NCBI GenBank assembly: GCA_963750165.1 | Contig: CAVVPN010000003.1 | Location: 3,360,001 to 3,424,000, forward strand | Reading direction: 5' to 3' | DNA: 64,000 nucleotides | Source: an uncultured Gemmataceae bacterium | Lineage (GTDB): Bacteria > Planctomycetota > Planctomycetia > Gemmatales > Gemmataceae | In this document: positions 11,165-21,625 of the stretch, piece after piece | How the letters are laid out: each line of letters begins with the position of its first letter | Position numbering within the stretch: position 1 is the first letter of the stretch | Translations under genes and position numbers: made by a program | The notes under the pieces: generated by a model | Database searches by the model: none | Seen by the model: only the letters and a program-made list of their open reading frames with translations | What the model was told of the DNA's origin: nothing

Positions 11165-13174
11165 TCAGCCTTTCTTCCCCGGCCGCCGTTGCGCACTCTT
11201 TCGCCCCGGCCGATACCCCTTCACCTTCCCCGCATTCGGCACCGTATGCACGTGGTCGCCGCGCACCGCCGCGTTCGCCTGCTCCTGCCGCGCCCGCAGC
11301 GCCTCCTGCGGCGGTTGCGCCGGGATCAGCCCCTCGCAACCGCCGATCAACTCCGCCCGCCCCGCCTGCAGCAGCGCCTGCCGCACCTCAAAATAATTCT
11401 CCGGCTTGAAGAACTGCAGCAGCGCCCGCTGCAGCTTGCGGTCCTTCAGCTGCCGGGCAATGTACACCTCCTGCTTCGTGAACGGGTCGATGCCCGTGTA
11501 ATACATGCACGTCGCGATGTCGAACGGCGCCGGGATGAAGTCCTGCACCTGGTCCGGCCGGTAGCCGTTGCGCTTCAGGAACAGCGCCAGGTCGATCATC
11601 GCGTGCAGGTCCGACCCCGGGTGGCTGGCGATGAAGTACGGCACCAGGTACTGCTTCGGCTTGCCTGCCGCGGCGCTCGCCGCCTGGAAGTCCGCGGCGA
11701 AGGTGCCGAAATTGTCGATCGGCGGCTTCTTCATCGCCTGCAGCACCAGCGGGTCGGTGTGCTCCGGCGCCACCTTCAAATGGCCGCCGACGTGGTGCGC
11801 CGCCAGCTCGCGCATGTACTCCGGCGACAGCTGCGCCAGGTCCATGCGGATGCCGCTGGCGACCAGCACCTTGCGGATGCCGGGCTCCGTGCGGGCGCGG
11901 CGCATCAGCTCCACCAGCGGGCCGTGGTCCGTGCCCAGCAGCTTGCAAATCGTCGGGTGGACGCACGACAGCCGCTTGCACTTCGCCTCCACCTCCGGCC
12001 GCGTGCACTTCATCTGATACATGTTCGCGGTCGGGCCGCCGATGTCGCTGATGACGCCGGCGAACTCCGGGTCCGCCGCCAGCTTGCGCACCTCGCGCAG
12101 CACCGACTCCTGCGACCGCGACTGCATCACGCGCCCCTGGTGCGCCGTGATCGAGCAGAACGTGCAGCCGCCGAAACAGCCGCGCATGATCGTCACCGAA
12201 TCTTTAATCATCTCGTAGGCGGGGATCGGTTCCATGTATGCCGGGTGCGGCCGCCGGGTGTACGGCAGGTCGTAAATGCGGTCCATCTCCGCGTCGCTCA
12301 GCGGCAGCGCCGGCGGGTTGACCACCACCGCCTGCCGCTCGTGAAACTGCACCAGCGTCTTCGCGTTGTACGGGTTCGTGTTGACGTGGATTTGCCGCGT
12401 CGCCTCGACGAAGGCCCATTTGTCGGACTTCACTTGCTCAAAAGTAGGGAGTTGTATTGTGTCCGATTGATCGGTTCGCGAAACGATAAAGCCTTCCGAC
12501 TCCTTCGCGCCCAGCACATACGCCACGCCGCGCAGGTCGCGCAGCTCGCGCACCGTCTGCCCCGCCGCCAACCGTTGCGCGATCGCCACGATGGTCGCCT
12601 CGCCCATGCCGTAAACGACCAGGTCCGCCTTGCTGTCCAGCAGGATCGAGCGGCGCACCGTGTCGCTCCAGTAGTCGTAATGCGCCAGCCGCCGCAGCGA
12701 CGCCTCGACGCCGCCCGCCACCACCGGCACGCCCGGGAACGCCTCCCGCGCCCGGTGGCAGTACGGCAGCGTCGCCCGGTCGGGCCGCAGGCCGATGCGG
12801 CCGCCCGGCGAATAGGCGTCGTCGTTGCGCACCTTCTTGTTCGCGGTGTAGTGATTGATGAGCGAATCCATGTTGCCGGCGCTGACGCCGAAGAACAACC
12901 GCGGCCGGCCGAACTGCCGCCACGGTTCGCACGAGTGCCAGTCCGGCTGGCTCAACACTGCCACGCGGAAGCCTGCCGCCTCCAGCACGCGCGTCAGCAG
13001 CGCCATCGCGAAACTGGGGTGATCGACGTAGGCGTCGCCGGTCACGAACACCACGTCCACGGCGTCCCAGCCGCGCGCCGCCATCTCGGCGCACGACGTG
13101 GGCGCCAGCGGGGCGGCGTACTTCTCCTGCCACAGCGGCAACGACAGCCGCCGGCTCGAAGGCACAGGGTTCAT
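11165..13174 (-). CDS. ygiQ: YgiQ / UPF0313 family radical SAM protein
   Basis: GDAYVDHPSF, GNMDS, RGCFGGCTFC (CxxxCxxC), GGPTANMY, PYFIASHPG, DQVQDF. Confidence 0.93.
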   Translation of the reverse strand: MNPVPSSRRLSLPLWQEKYAAPLAPTSCAEMAARGWDAVDVVFVTGDAYVDHPSFAMALLTRVLEAAGFRVAVLSQPDWHSCEPWRQFGRPRLFFGVSAGNMDSLINHYTANKKVRNDDAYSPGGRIGLRPDRATLPYCHRAREAFPGVPVVAGGVEASLRRLAHYDYWSDTVRRSILLDSKADLVVYGMGEATIVAIAQRLAAGQTVRELRDLRGVAYVLGAKESEGFIVSRTDQSDTIQLPTFEQVKSDKWAFVEATRQIHVNTNPYNAKTLVQFHERQAVVVNPPALPLSDAEMDRIYDLPYTRRPHPAYMEPIPAYEMIKDSVTIMRGCFGGCTFCSITAHQGRVMQSRSQESVLREVRKLAADPEFAGVISDIGGPTANMYQMKCTRPEVEAKCKRLSCVHPTICKLLGTDHGPLVELMRRARTEPGIRKVLVASGIRMDLAQLSPEYMRELAAHHVGGHLKVAPEHTDPLVLQAMKKPPIDNFGTFAADFQAASAAAGKPKQYLVPYFIASHPGSDLHAMIDLALFLKRNGYRPDQVQDFIPAPFDIATCMYYTGIDPFTKQEVYIARQLKDRKLQRALLQFFKPENYFEVRQALLQAGRAELIGGCEGLIPAQPPQEALRARQEQANAAVRGDHVHTVPNAGKVKGYRPGRKSAQRRPGKKG

Positions 13175-13338
13175 GGCATCGTCCGTGGTACGGTATCTGG
13201 GTGTATCGACTGCCCTATTATAGCGGAGCCGCGGGGCCCTTGCGGCCTGCCGGCCGGGAACGGTCTTTTTTGCCCCCAACCCTTTTCCCTGCGGTGTCCG
13301 GCGCCAAAATGCGCTTTACCTATCAGGGGACCACCGCC

Positions 13339-13974
13339 ATGACCGAAGCCAATGAGTTTACGCGGGAGTTGCTCGGGCGCGCCGTCGAGGGCGACCAGCA
13401 CGCCCTGGCCGAGTTGTTGACGCCGCACCGCGGCCGCCTGAAGCGCATGGTGCAGCTGCGGCTCAACCCGCGCTTGCAGGGCCGTGTCGATGCCTCCGAC
13501 GTGATCCAGGACGCCCTGCTGGAAGCCAGCCAGCGCCTGCGGGAGTACCAGGACGGCCCCGGCATGCCGTTTTTCCTCTGGCTGCGCCACCTGGCGGGGC
13601 AGAAGTTGATCGACGTCCACCGCCGGCACCTCGGCGCGCAGAAGCGCGACGCCGGCCTGGAGGTGTCGCTGCACCGCGGGGCCTGGCCGGTGGCCAGCAG
13701 CGCCTCGCTGGCCGAGCAACTGCTCGGCCGGCTCACCTCGCCGTCGCAGGCCGCCGTCAAGGCCGAGTTGCGCCTGCGCGTCCAGGAGGCCCTCAACCAG
13801 CTGGAACCGCTCGACCGGGAGGTGCTGGCCCTGCGCCACTTCGAGCAGCTTAGCACCGCCGAGACCGCGGCGGCCCTGGGCATCGGCAAGTCGGCCGCCA
13901 GCAGCCGGTACGTGCGCGCCCTCAAACGGCTTAAGGACGTGCTGGCGGGCATTCCGGGCCTGCTCGGAGATTAG
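13339..13974 (+). CDS. ECF sigma-70 factor (planctomycete type, kinase-associated)
   Basis: RLQGRVDASDVIQD, HRRHLGAQKRD, LTSPSQAA, DREVLALRHFEQLS.AETA region 4. Confidence 0.92.
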   Translation: MTEANEFTRELLGRAVEGDQHALAELLTPHRGRLKRMVQLRLNPRLQGRVDASDVIQDALLEASQRLREYQDGPGMPFFLWLRHLAGQKLIDVHRRHLGAQKRDAGLEVSLHRGAWPVASSASLAEQLLGRLTSPSQAAVKAELRLRVQEALNQLEPLDREVLALRHFEQLSTAETAAALGIGKSAASSRYVRALKRLKDVLAGIPGLLGD

Positions 13975-13984
13975 CGCGGTTTTA

Positions 13985-14029
13985 GCCCCGAAGGGGCGGC
14001 AGTCAATAGCCAGGCCCGTCAGGGCCTGG
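13985..14029. repeat. REP-like element, GCCCCGAAGGGGC family
   Basis: GCCCCGAAGGGGC plus CCAGGCCC-gtca-GGGCCTGG; related copy at 21517. Confidence 0.75.
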
Positions 14030-14046
14030 AAACCTGCAAGGGAGCC

Positions 14047-17000
14047 ATGACCATGAGCGACGCCGACCCGTGCGCGGACCTGGTGGACCGGCTGGCGGAA
14101 GAATTCCTCACCCGGTTCCGCCGCGGCGAGCGCCCTGCCGTGCAGGACTACGCCGCGCAGTACCCGGAGTGTGCCGACCGGATCCGCGACCTGTTCCCGG
14201 CCCTGGTCGTGCTGGAGCAAGCCGCGCCCGCCTCCGACCCCGAACCCGTCAGCCCGGCCACCGCCCCGGCGGCCGCCCCCGCCGCCGGTCAGCCGGAGCA
14301 ACTGGGGGACTATCGCATCCTGCGGGAGATCGGCCGCGGCGGCATGGGGGTGGTGTACGAGGCGGAGCAGCAGTCGCTGGGCCGGCGCATCGCGCTGAAA
14401 GTGTTGCCCGGCCCGGCCGCCCAGGACGCCCGGCTGCTGGCGCGCTTCCGCCGCGAGTCGCGGGCCGCCGCCCAGCTGCACCACACCAACATCGTGCCCG
14501 TCTACGAGGTCGGCCAGCAGGGCGGCCAGTGCTACTACGCCATGCAGTTCATCCGCGGTCAGGCCCTCGACGACGTGATCCGCGAGTTGCAGCACCTCCG
14601 GGCCGGCAGCGGGCACCAACCCGCCCCGGAAACGGCGGCGGCGCTGCCGGACCGTTCGGAACTGTCGTCGGTGGCGTCGAACTTCCGCCGCTACTGCCAC
14701 AACGTGGCTCGACTGGGTTTACAGGCCGCCGAGGCGCTGGCCTACGCCCACGGCCGCGGTATCGTCCACCGCGACATCAAACCGGCCAACCTGCTGCTCG
14801 ACACCATCGGCGTCCTGTGGGTCAGCGACTTCGGCCTGGTCAAGACACAGGACCCCGCCCTGACCGAGACCGGCGATCTCGTCGGCACGCTGCGCTACAT
14901 GGCACCGGAGCGCTTCAAGGGTGAGTGCGATGCCCGGGCGGATGTCTACGCCCTGGGCTTGACGCTGTACGAACTGCTGGCGCTGCGGCCGGCCTTCGAC
15001 GCCCCGGATCGCCTGCACCTGATCGAGCAGATCGGCCGCCAGGAGCCGGCCCGATTGCGCACCCTGGACCCGCGTATCCCCCGTGACCTGGAGACCATCC
15101 TCATGAAGACGATCGAGAAAGACCCGCGGCGGCGCTACCCCAGTGCGGACGAGCTGGCCGCGGACCTGCGCCGCTACCTGGCGGACGAGCCGATCAAGGC
15201 GCGGCGCACCGGCCCGCTGGAGCGGCTGGGGCGCTGGGGCCGGCGCAACCCGGTGGTGGCCGGCCTGAGCGCCGCGGTGGTGCTGGTGGCGGCGCTGGGC
15301 TTCGCGGGCGTGTTCGGGCAGATGCAGGTGGCGTGGGCCCACGCCGCCGACGCCGAGCAGAAGGAGAAGGAGGCCCAAAAGGAGCGCGACGAGGTCAAGG
15401 CGCTCAACGAGAAATTGCGGGCCGCGCAGGATCAGCTGCGGCGCACGCTGTACGCGGCACAGATCAACCTGGCGCAACATGCCTGGGATAAGGGCGGCGT
15501 CCGGCGGGTGCGGGAACTCCTGGAGCAACACCGCCCCAAGGAGGGGGAGAGCGACCTGCGCGGCTTTGAATGGTACTACCTCTACCGCCTGAGCCATACG
15601 CAGCCCGTCGCCCTCATCGAGGGTCACACCGATGCCGTCCAGGGTGTCGCCTACAGCCCCGACGGCAAGCGCCTGGCCAGCGCCTCGGCGGACAGGACGG
15701 TCAAGGTCTGGGATGCCCAGACCGGCCAGGAACTCTTTACCTTGAAGGGACACAAAAACGCCGTCCGGGCCGTGGTCTTCAGCCCGGACGGCAAACGCCT
15801 GGCCAGCGCGGGTGGTCCTTCTGGCAAGCAAGATGGGGAAGTAAAGGTGTGGGATGCCCAGACCGGCCAGGAACTGCTCACCCTCAAGGGGCACTCGTGG
15901 ATCGGCAACACCGTGGCCTTCAGCCCGGACGGCAAACGCCTGGCGACGACCGGCAATCCCGATGGCAAACAAGCCACGATAACGGTATGGGACGCGCAGA
16001 CCGGCCAGCAGCTCCTGGCCCTCAAGCACAACAACAAAGACCTGGTGTGCAGCGTGGCGTTCAGCAGCGACGGCAAGCGCCTTGCCACTGTCGGCGGGAC
16101 CCCTTCTGGTACGGGGCCGAAACCTGTCGGCGAAGTGAAGGTGTGGGATGCCCAGACCGGCCAGGAGCTCCTCACCTTCAAGAGTCTCACCACCAGGATG
16201 CGCAGTGTGGCCTTCAGTCCAGACGGCAAACACCTGGCCACCACCCCCGGCCTTGAACATTTTGCCGAGGTGTGGGATGCCCAGACCGGCAACCAGTTAT
16301 TCACGCTCAAAGGACACGCCGACCGTGTCTACCACGTCGCCTACAGCCCCGACGGCAAGCAGATCGCCACCGCTTCGGCGGACTGGACGGTCAAGTTGTG
16401 GGACGCCCAGACCGGCCAGGAACTGCGCACTTTTAAGGGACATAACGGTGCCGTCGAGGGTCTGGCCTTCAGCCCGGATAGCGAACGCCTGGCCAGTGCT
16501 TCTTCTGACCAGTCGGTGATGGTGTGGATCGCGAAGGCGGCGCAGCAGGTCCGCACTCTCAAGCACGATTCTGTGGAGACATTCAGCCGGGACGGCATGC
16601 GCCTTGTCACCAAGGGAAATGGGCTAACCGTGTGGGATTTGCAGACCGGGCAGAAACTCCTGGCTCTCCAAAACAATGGCATGATGATGCTGACCGTTAG
16701 CCCGGACGGCAAGCACCTGGCTGCCGCCAACGCATTTGGTGGTGGATTTGCAAAGCGGGAGGGTGATGTGGACGTGTGGGACGTGCTGACTGGTCAGAAA
16801 CTCTACACCCTCAAGGGCGACCAGGTCGATGGCAAGAATTTCAGCAGTACCACCATCGCCTTCAGCGAGGACAGTTCGCGCCTGGCCCGCGGAACTTCAA
16901 AAGAGTTGACGGTATTTGACGTGAAAACCGGCCAGGTACTTCGCGCCATCAAGGGTGGCGTCTACATGCCGGCGTTCAGCCCGGACGGCAAGCGCCTGGC

Positions 17001-17580
17001 CGGCTTGGATGTATCGGACAGGCCCAAGGGGACGGTGAAGGTGTGGGATGCCCAGACCGGTAAGGAACTCCTTGCTATCAAGGTGCGCGGCGGCACGTTG
17101 TACCGTGTGGCGTACAGTCCGGATGGCAAGCGCCTGGCCAGCAAGAGTGGGTTTAAATTGGGGGGCTTCGGGGAGGTGAAAGTGTGGGATGCCCAGACGG
17201 GCCTGGAACTCTTTACCCTGAACGGGCGCTTCAGGATCGACAGCAAAGTAGCCTTCAGTCCGGACGGCAAGCGCCTGGCCATCAACGGGAAAGTGTGGGA
17301 TGCCCAGACTGGCCAGGAACTCCTCACCCTCAGGGGGCACATCGGCGCGGTCAACACCATGGTCTTCAGCCCGGACGGCCAGCGCCTGGCCACCGCCGCG
17401 TCCGATGCCACCGTGAAGGTGTGGGACGCCCAGACCGGCCAGGAGCTGCTCACCTTTGAAGGTCACAGCGGGGCGGTCAATGGCGTGGCGTTCAGCCCCG
17501 ACGGTCACCGCCTGGCCGCCGGTTCCAGCGACGGCACCGTGAGGATTTGGGACGCCACGCCGCTGCCAGGGAAGCGTTGA
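14047..17580 (+). CDS. Membrane Ser/Thr protein kinase with ~15 WD40 repeats
   Basis: [27 protein letters not shown] intact; [32 protein letters not shown] linker; WDAQTG occurs 10 times. Confidence 0.95.
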   Translation: MTMSDADPCADLVDRLAEEFLTRFRRGERPAVQDYAAQYPECADRIRDLFPALVVLEQAAPASDPEPVSPATAPAAAPAAGQPEQLGDYRILREIGRGGMGVVYEAEQQSLGRRIALKVLPGPAAQDARLLARFRRESRAAAQLHHTNIVPVYEVGQQGGQCYYAMQFIRGQALDDVIRELQHLRAGSGHQPAPETAAALPDRSELSSVASNFRRYCHNVARLGLQAAEALAYAHGRGIVHRDIKPANLLLDTIGVLWVSDFGLVKTQDPALTETGDLVGTLRYMAPERFKGECDARADVYALGLTLYELLALRPAFDAPDRLHLIEQIGRQEPARLRTLDPRIPRDLETILMKTIEKDPRRRYPSADELAADLRRYLADEPIKARRTGPLERLGRWGRRNPVVAGLSAAVVLVAALGFAGVFGQMQVAWAHAADAEQKEKEAQKERDEVKALNEKLRAAQDQLRRTLYAAQINLAQHAWDKGGVRRVRELLEQHRPKEGESDLRGFEWYYLYRLSHTQPVALIEGHTDAVQGVAYSPDGKRLASASADRTVKVWDAQTGQELFTLKGHKNAVRAVVFSPDGKRLASAGGPSGKQDGEVKVWDAQTGQELLTLKGHSWIGNTVAFSPDGKRLATTGNPDGKQATITVWDAQTGQQLLALKHNNKDLVCSVAFSSDGKRLATVGGTPSGTGPKPVGEVKVWDAQTGQELLTFKSLTTRMRSVAFSPDGKHLATTPGLEHFAEVWDAQTGNQLFTLKGHADRVYHVAYSPDGKQIATASADWTVKLWDAQTGQELRTFKGHNGAVEGLAFSPDSERLASASSDQSVMVWIAKAAQQVRTLKHDSVETFSRDGMRLVTKGNGLTVWDLQTGQKLLALQNNGMMMLTVSPDGKHLAAANAFGGGFAKREGDVDVWDVLTGQKLYTLKGDQVDGKNFSSTTIAFSEDSSRLARGTSKELTVFDVKTGQVLRAIKGGVYMPAFSPDGKRLAGLDVSDRPKGTVKVWDAQTGKELLAIKVRGGTLYRVAYSPDGKRLASKSGFKLGGFGEVKVWDAQTGLELFTLNGRFRIDSKVAFSPDGKRLAINGKVWDAQTGQELLTLRGHIGAVNTMVFSPDGQRLATAASDATVKVWDAQTGQELLTFEGHSGAVNGVAFSPDGHRLAAGSSDGTVRIWDATPLPGKR

Positions 17581-17605
17581 CCGCCAGGCGAACCGGTGCG
17601 GCTCT

Positions 17606-17640
17606 CGGCGGCGAGCGGTCCACGCTCGCCGCCGTTTTTT
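17606..17640 (+). terminator. Intrinsic terminator after the kinase gene
   Basis: 12-bp stem CGGCGGCGAGCG/CGCTCGCCGCCG followed by T6. Confidence 0.8.
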
Positions 17641-17725
17641 ACCGAATCCGGGTTCCAGGGCCGGCGGCGGGGCGGGCAGGGCGGGGCGCCTGGGAAATCG
17701 GTATTGTCCCCGGGAGGCTGGGTTG

Positions 17726-17734
17726 TGGTATGAT
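17726..17734 (+). promoter_or_regulatory. Putative extended -10 element
   Basis: TGGTATGAT about 57 nt upstream of ATG 17791; TTGTCC at 17704. Confidence 0.35.
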
Positions 17735-17790
17735 GTGGCCCCGGCCGGCAACGGATGTCGGTCGTACCCGAACCGCAGGTGAGAAGGATC

Positions 17791-18057
17791 ATGGGCAAGA
17801 AATCGACCTGTCCGATCAGCCGCGCCGACTTCCGCGGCTCCGCCAAACCGGTCAAGATCAACATCGGCGGCAACGAGATGATCGCCGAGGTCAAGGAGTT
17901 CTCGACCGGCTCGCTGGGCTGGTACCTGAACGGCAAGACGACCATCGAGGTCAACGGCACGCCGGTGTCCGTCCAGATCGGCGTCAACCTGACCATCGTC
18001 GGCAGCAAGGAGCTGCCCAAGGACAAGGATGACAAGGACGACACCGCCGCCGCCTGA
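17791..18057 (+). CDS. Small hypothetical beta-rich protein (88 aa)
   Basis: AAGGA RBS; strongly biased codons; [15 protein letters not shown]...[14 protein letters not shown]. Confidence 0.85.
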   Translation: MGKKSTCPISRADFRGSAKPVKINIGGNEMIAEVKEFSTGSLGWYLNGKTTIEVNGTPVSVQIGVNLTIVGSKELPKDKDDKDDTAAA

Positions 18058-18079
18058 CCGACCATCCGCCGGCCGCCCC

Positions 18080-18134
18080 GTGGTGCAGGCGGCCCGCCTG
18101 CACCACCGCCGTGCAGGCGGGCCGCCTGCACCAC
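18080..18134. repeat. REP doublet GTGCAGGCGG(C/G)CCGCCTGCAC
   Basis: Two palindromic units between genes. Confidence 0.8.
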
Positions 18135-18157
18135 GAAAGGCAGAAAGACCCGCACCG

Positions 18158-19402
18158 ATGAGACGACTCCTGTTGACGCTGCCCGTGCTGCTAACCGTCG
18201 CGCTCGGCCTCGCCGGCGGCCAGGACCAGCCGCCGCCGAAGAAGAAACGCGGCCCCGTCCAGCTGACCGAGGCGGCGCTGGCCATCCACCGCGACGCCCT
18301 CGTCTTCGACGGCCACAACGACCTGCCGTACCAGTTGCGCGAGCAGAAGGACCTGTTCTTCCGCCGCCTCGACCTGACCCAGCACCAGAAGACGCTGCAC
18401 ACGGACATCCCGCGGCTGCGCAAGGGCAACGTCGGGGCGCAGTTCTGGTCCGCCTACGTCGAGGCGGAGACCGCCCACGACGGCACCGCCGTCCGCAAGA
18501 CGCTCGAACAGATCGACATCATCCACCGCCTGGTGCGCCAGTACCCCGACACCTTTGAGCTGGCGCTCACCGCCGACGACATCGTCCGCATCCGCAAACA
18601 GGGCAAGATCGCGTCGCTGATTGGCGTCGAGGGCGGCCACTCCATCGACAACTCGCTCGGCGTGCTGCGCATGCTGTACGCGCTCGGCACCCGCTACATG
18701 ACGCTGACGCACTCCGAGACGCTGGACTGGGCCGACTCCGCGACCGACAAGGCGAAGAACAACGGCCTGTCGGAGTTCGGCGAACAGGTGGTGCTGGAGA
18801 TGAACCGCCTGGGCATGCTGGTGGACATTTCGCACGTCTCGGCGGAGACGATGCGGCACGCGCTGAAGGTGACGAAGGCGCCGGTGATCGCGTCGCACTC
18901 GTCGGCGTTCGCGCTGGCGAACCACCCGCGCAACGTGCCGGACGACGTGCTCAAACTGGTGACGAAGAACGGCGGCGTCATCATGGTCAACTTCTACTCC
19001 GGCTTCATCACGCCGGAGGGGGCGCGGGCCATGAAGGACATGTTCCAGGTCGGCCGCAAACTGCGCAAGCAATACCCCAACGAGAAGGAGTTCCAGGAGG
19101 CGTTCGGCCAGTGGCGAAAGGCGCACCCGTTCCCGACCGGTGGCGTGCATGACGTGGTCGATCACATCGAGCACATCATCAAGGTGGCGGGCATCGATCA
19201 CGTCGGCCTCGGCTCGGACTACGACGGCATCAACAGTGCGCCGCGGCAGCTGGAAGACGTGTCGTGCTACCCGTACATCACACAGGAGCTGCTGAACCGC
19301 GGCTACAACCGCGAGCAGATTCACAAGGTACTCGGCGGCAACGTGCTGCGGGCGCTGCGGCAGGCGGAGGCGGTGGCACGCGATCTGCAAAAAGTTAAAT
19401 GA
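18158..19402 (+). CDS. Secreted membrane-dipeptidase (peptidase M19)
   Basis: Signal peptide; [36 protein letters not shown]. Confidence 0.93.
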   Translation: MRRLLLTLPVLLTVALGLAGGQDQPPPKKKRGPVQLTEAALAIHRDALVFDGHNDLPYQLREQKDLFFRRLDLTQHQKTLHTDIPRLRKGNVGAQFWSAYVEAETAHDGTAVRKTLEQIDIIHRLVRQYPDTFELALTADDIVRIRKQGKIASLIGVEGGHSIDNSLGVLRMLYALGTRYMTLTHSETLDWADSATDKAKNNGLSEFGEQVVLEMNRLGMLVDISHVSAETMRHALKVTKAPVIASHSSAFALANHPRNVPDDVLKLVTKNGGVIMVNFYSGFITPEGARAMKDMFQVGRKLRKQYPNEKEFQEAFGQWRKAHPFPTGGVHDVVDHIEHIIKVAGIDHVGLGSDYDGINSAPRQLEDVSCYPYITQELLNRGYNREQIHKVLGGNVLRALRQAEAVARDLQKVK

Positions 19403-19480
19403 ACCTCGTGGCGGCGCCAGCGGGATTGGGTATACTGCGGATATTTGGCGACCCTGCTCATCCCCGCTCGGAGTTGTCTC

Positions 19481-20079
19481 GTGATCGACCCGCTGGAAGC
19501 CAATCCGTTCAAACTTCCCTCGGCCGCCCCGCTCGGAACCTACCGGCCGCTGCCGTCGTGGCTGGCGCGGCGGCTGCTGCGTCGGGACGAGCAAGTCACC
19601 TGGGTGCGCGGCCCACGCTGGAACCCGGGGCTGGAGCGTTACATCACCCACCCCGGGTTGTTCCTCTTCGCCCTGGCCCTGGCCGCGCTCTGTCTGGGGG
19701 CTGGCTGGTTGCACGCCGCGGCGAACCGCACTCGCTTCCCGGAGGCGGCGATCCTGGTCGCCGCCGCCGTCTTCTTCGGGGCCGTGCTGATTCTGGCTTA
19801 CGCCAACGCCTACTTCACCCGCCTGGTTGTGACCAACTTCCGCCTGATGATCGTGCAGGGCTACGAGCTGTGCAAGATCTGGAACATCCACGATCTGCCG
19901 CTGTCGCTGCGCCACTACGGCCGCGCGCCGGCGGCGGTGGCGAGAGCTGGACCGTCAACCTGGACGCCCTGCAATCCATGCTCGGCGGCGGCACGGATCA
20001 GTTCGTCGATTCCAAAAAAGTCCTGGCGCTCGGCAAGCAACTGGATCAGATCAAGGCCCGCGAGCAGGACCGTTCCTGA
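19481..20079 (+). CDS. Membrane hypothetical protein with a frameshift near 19925
   Basis: Frame 2 gives two TM helices and TRLVVTNFRL up to HYGR; protein-like sequence continues in frame 1 (GGGESWTVNLDALQSMLGG...stop 20079). Confidence 0.6.
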
Positions 20080-20171
20080 TGCCGGCGGAGTTCCCCGGGC
20101 CCTTTACCGGCGCGCGTCCGAAATGATACACTGACAATATCGTTTCTTGCGCCTCCTCAAGGGCCCATCTC

Positions 20172-21482
20172 ATGCACACGCTGCGCAGCCTGGCGGTTTT
20201 GACGCTTCTGATGGCGGCCCCCGCGGTCGGGCGAGCTGGCCTGTATTATTCCGGCGAGGTCCTGGCGGAACTGCCGTCGCAGTGGCGTGGCTACCTGCTC
20301 GACCAGCGCACGCTGCGGCAGATCGCGGTCAAGCCGGCCGGCGGCACGAGCGCCAGCACGGCCCGCGTCCACTACCGCGCCGAGGCGGCGAAGCTCGAAG
20401 CGGCGGCCAAGAAAGGCAAGCTCAGCGCCGACCAGCTGGCGGACCTCGGCGCCCTGTACGTTCGCCTGGGCGAAGCGGGCAAGGCGGTGGCGCTGCTCCG
20501 CGAGGCGCAGCGGTCGCATCCGAAGCATTTCGCCATCAACGCCAACCTCGGCACCGCCTGGCAACTGCACGGCGACCTGGCGCAGGCGGCGCTGGCGCTG
20601 CAGCAGGCGGTGAAGCTGGCCCCCGGCAAGTTCCAGCAGGCGGAGGAGTATCACCTCAAGCTGGTCCGGCTCCGGCTCAAGAGCAAGAAGGCCGACGCGC
20701 TGGACAATCTGTTCGGCGTGCGCTACGTGGACGACATGGGCGGCTACACGCCGGGCAAGCTGGCGGCGGCGGAGAAGAAGAAGCTGCCGGCAGCGTCGAT
20801 CGCAGTGGTGCAGCAGCTGGGTCTGTGGCTGCCGGCGGACGGTCGCTTGCTGTGGCAACTGGCGGAACTGGCGAACGCCCACGGCGACGTGCGCACAGCA
20901 GCGGCCATGTTCGACGGCTGTGTGACGCAGTTCAACCTGGGCGCCGCGGAATTGCGCAAGCACCGCCAAATAACGCGCGCCGCCGCGGACGAGCTGGCGA
21001 AGGACAGCACGGCGGGCCACGAGAATCCGAACCACGTCGCGGGTCTGCCGGCGCGCTCGCGGCGGCCGCTGGTGAACAAGATCGACCCGAGCACGCTGCC
21101 GCCCATCGATCCCAAGGGCGTCAACGCCCTGCCCTGGGCAGTGCTGGCCGACACCAGCATCGACAAGCAGGCGAAGCCGACCTTCCCGAAGTACCTGCGC
21201 GAGCTGGAGGGCAAGCTGGTGACGCTCACCGGCTTCATGCAGCCGCTGGGCGACAACACCCAGGAGTGCCGTACTTTCTTGCTGATCGAATACCCCGTCG
21301 GCTGCTGGTTCTGCGAGATGCCGGAGCTGACCGGCATGATTTACGTCGAGCTGCCGCGGGGCAAAACCGTCACCTACGCGCGCGACCTGCGGCGCGTCAC
21401 GGGCCGCCTGGCCCTAAACGCCACCGACCCCGAGGAGTTTCTGTACACGCTCCGGGAAGCCAGGGTCGCGGAAGTGGATTGA
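20172..21482 (+). CDS. Secreted TPR + DUF3299-like protein
   Basis: Signal peptide; TPR helices; C-terminal LEGKLVTLTGFMQPL...FLLIEYPVGCWFC.P. Confidence 0.75.
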   Translation: MHTLRSLAVLTLLMAAPAVGRAGLYYSGEVLAELPSQWRGYLLDQRTLRQIAVKPAGGTSASTARVHYRAEAAKLEAAAKKGKLSADQLADLGALYVRLGEAGKAVALLREAQRSHPKHFAINANLGTAWQLHGDLAQAALALQQAVKLAPGKFQQAEEYHLKLVRLRLKSKKADALDNLFGVRYVDDMGGYTPGKLAAAEKKKLPAASIAVVQQLGLWLPADGRLLWQLAELANAHGDVRTAAAMFDGCVTQFNLGAAELRKHRQITRAAADELAKDSTAGHENPNHVAGLPARSRRPLVNKIDPSTLPPIDPKGVNALPWAVLADTSIDKQAKPTFPKYLRELEGKLVTLTGFMQPLGDNTQECRTFLLIEYPVGCWFCEMPELTGMIYVELPRGKTVTYARDLRRVTGRLALNATDPEEFLYTLREARVAEVD

Positions 21483-21516
21483 ACGGGGCTTGAGGGTTAC
21501 GGTTCGAGATGTCTTT

Positions 21517-21585
21517 GCCCCGAAGGGGCGGAACAACTTAGCCCAGGGCAACGCCCTGGGCTAAGTTGTCCCGCCCCTTGGGGGC
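21517..21585. repeat. Long REP hairpin, GCCCCGAAGGGGC family
   Basis: 33-bp arms with 31/33 complementarity, AAC loop. Confidence 0.85.
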
Positions 21586-21625
21586 GAAGAACCTCACTTC
21601 GCCTGGCGTAAACAAGGAGTCCGAG

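Noticed and set aside
11189..13342. 717-aa plus-strand ORF and similar overlaps elsewhere
   Set aside because: Antisense to ygiQ; typical high-GC shadow ORFs with no motifs.
15600..17560. Diversity-generating retroelement acting on the WD40 repeats
   Set aside because: No reverse transcriptase in the window and no adenine-specific TR/VR pair seen.
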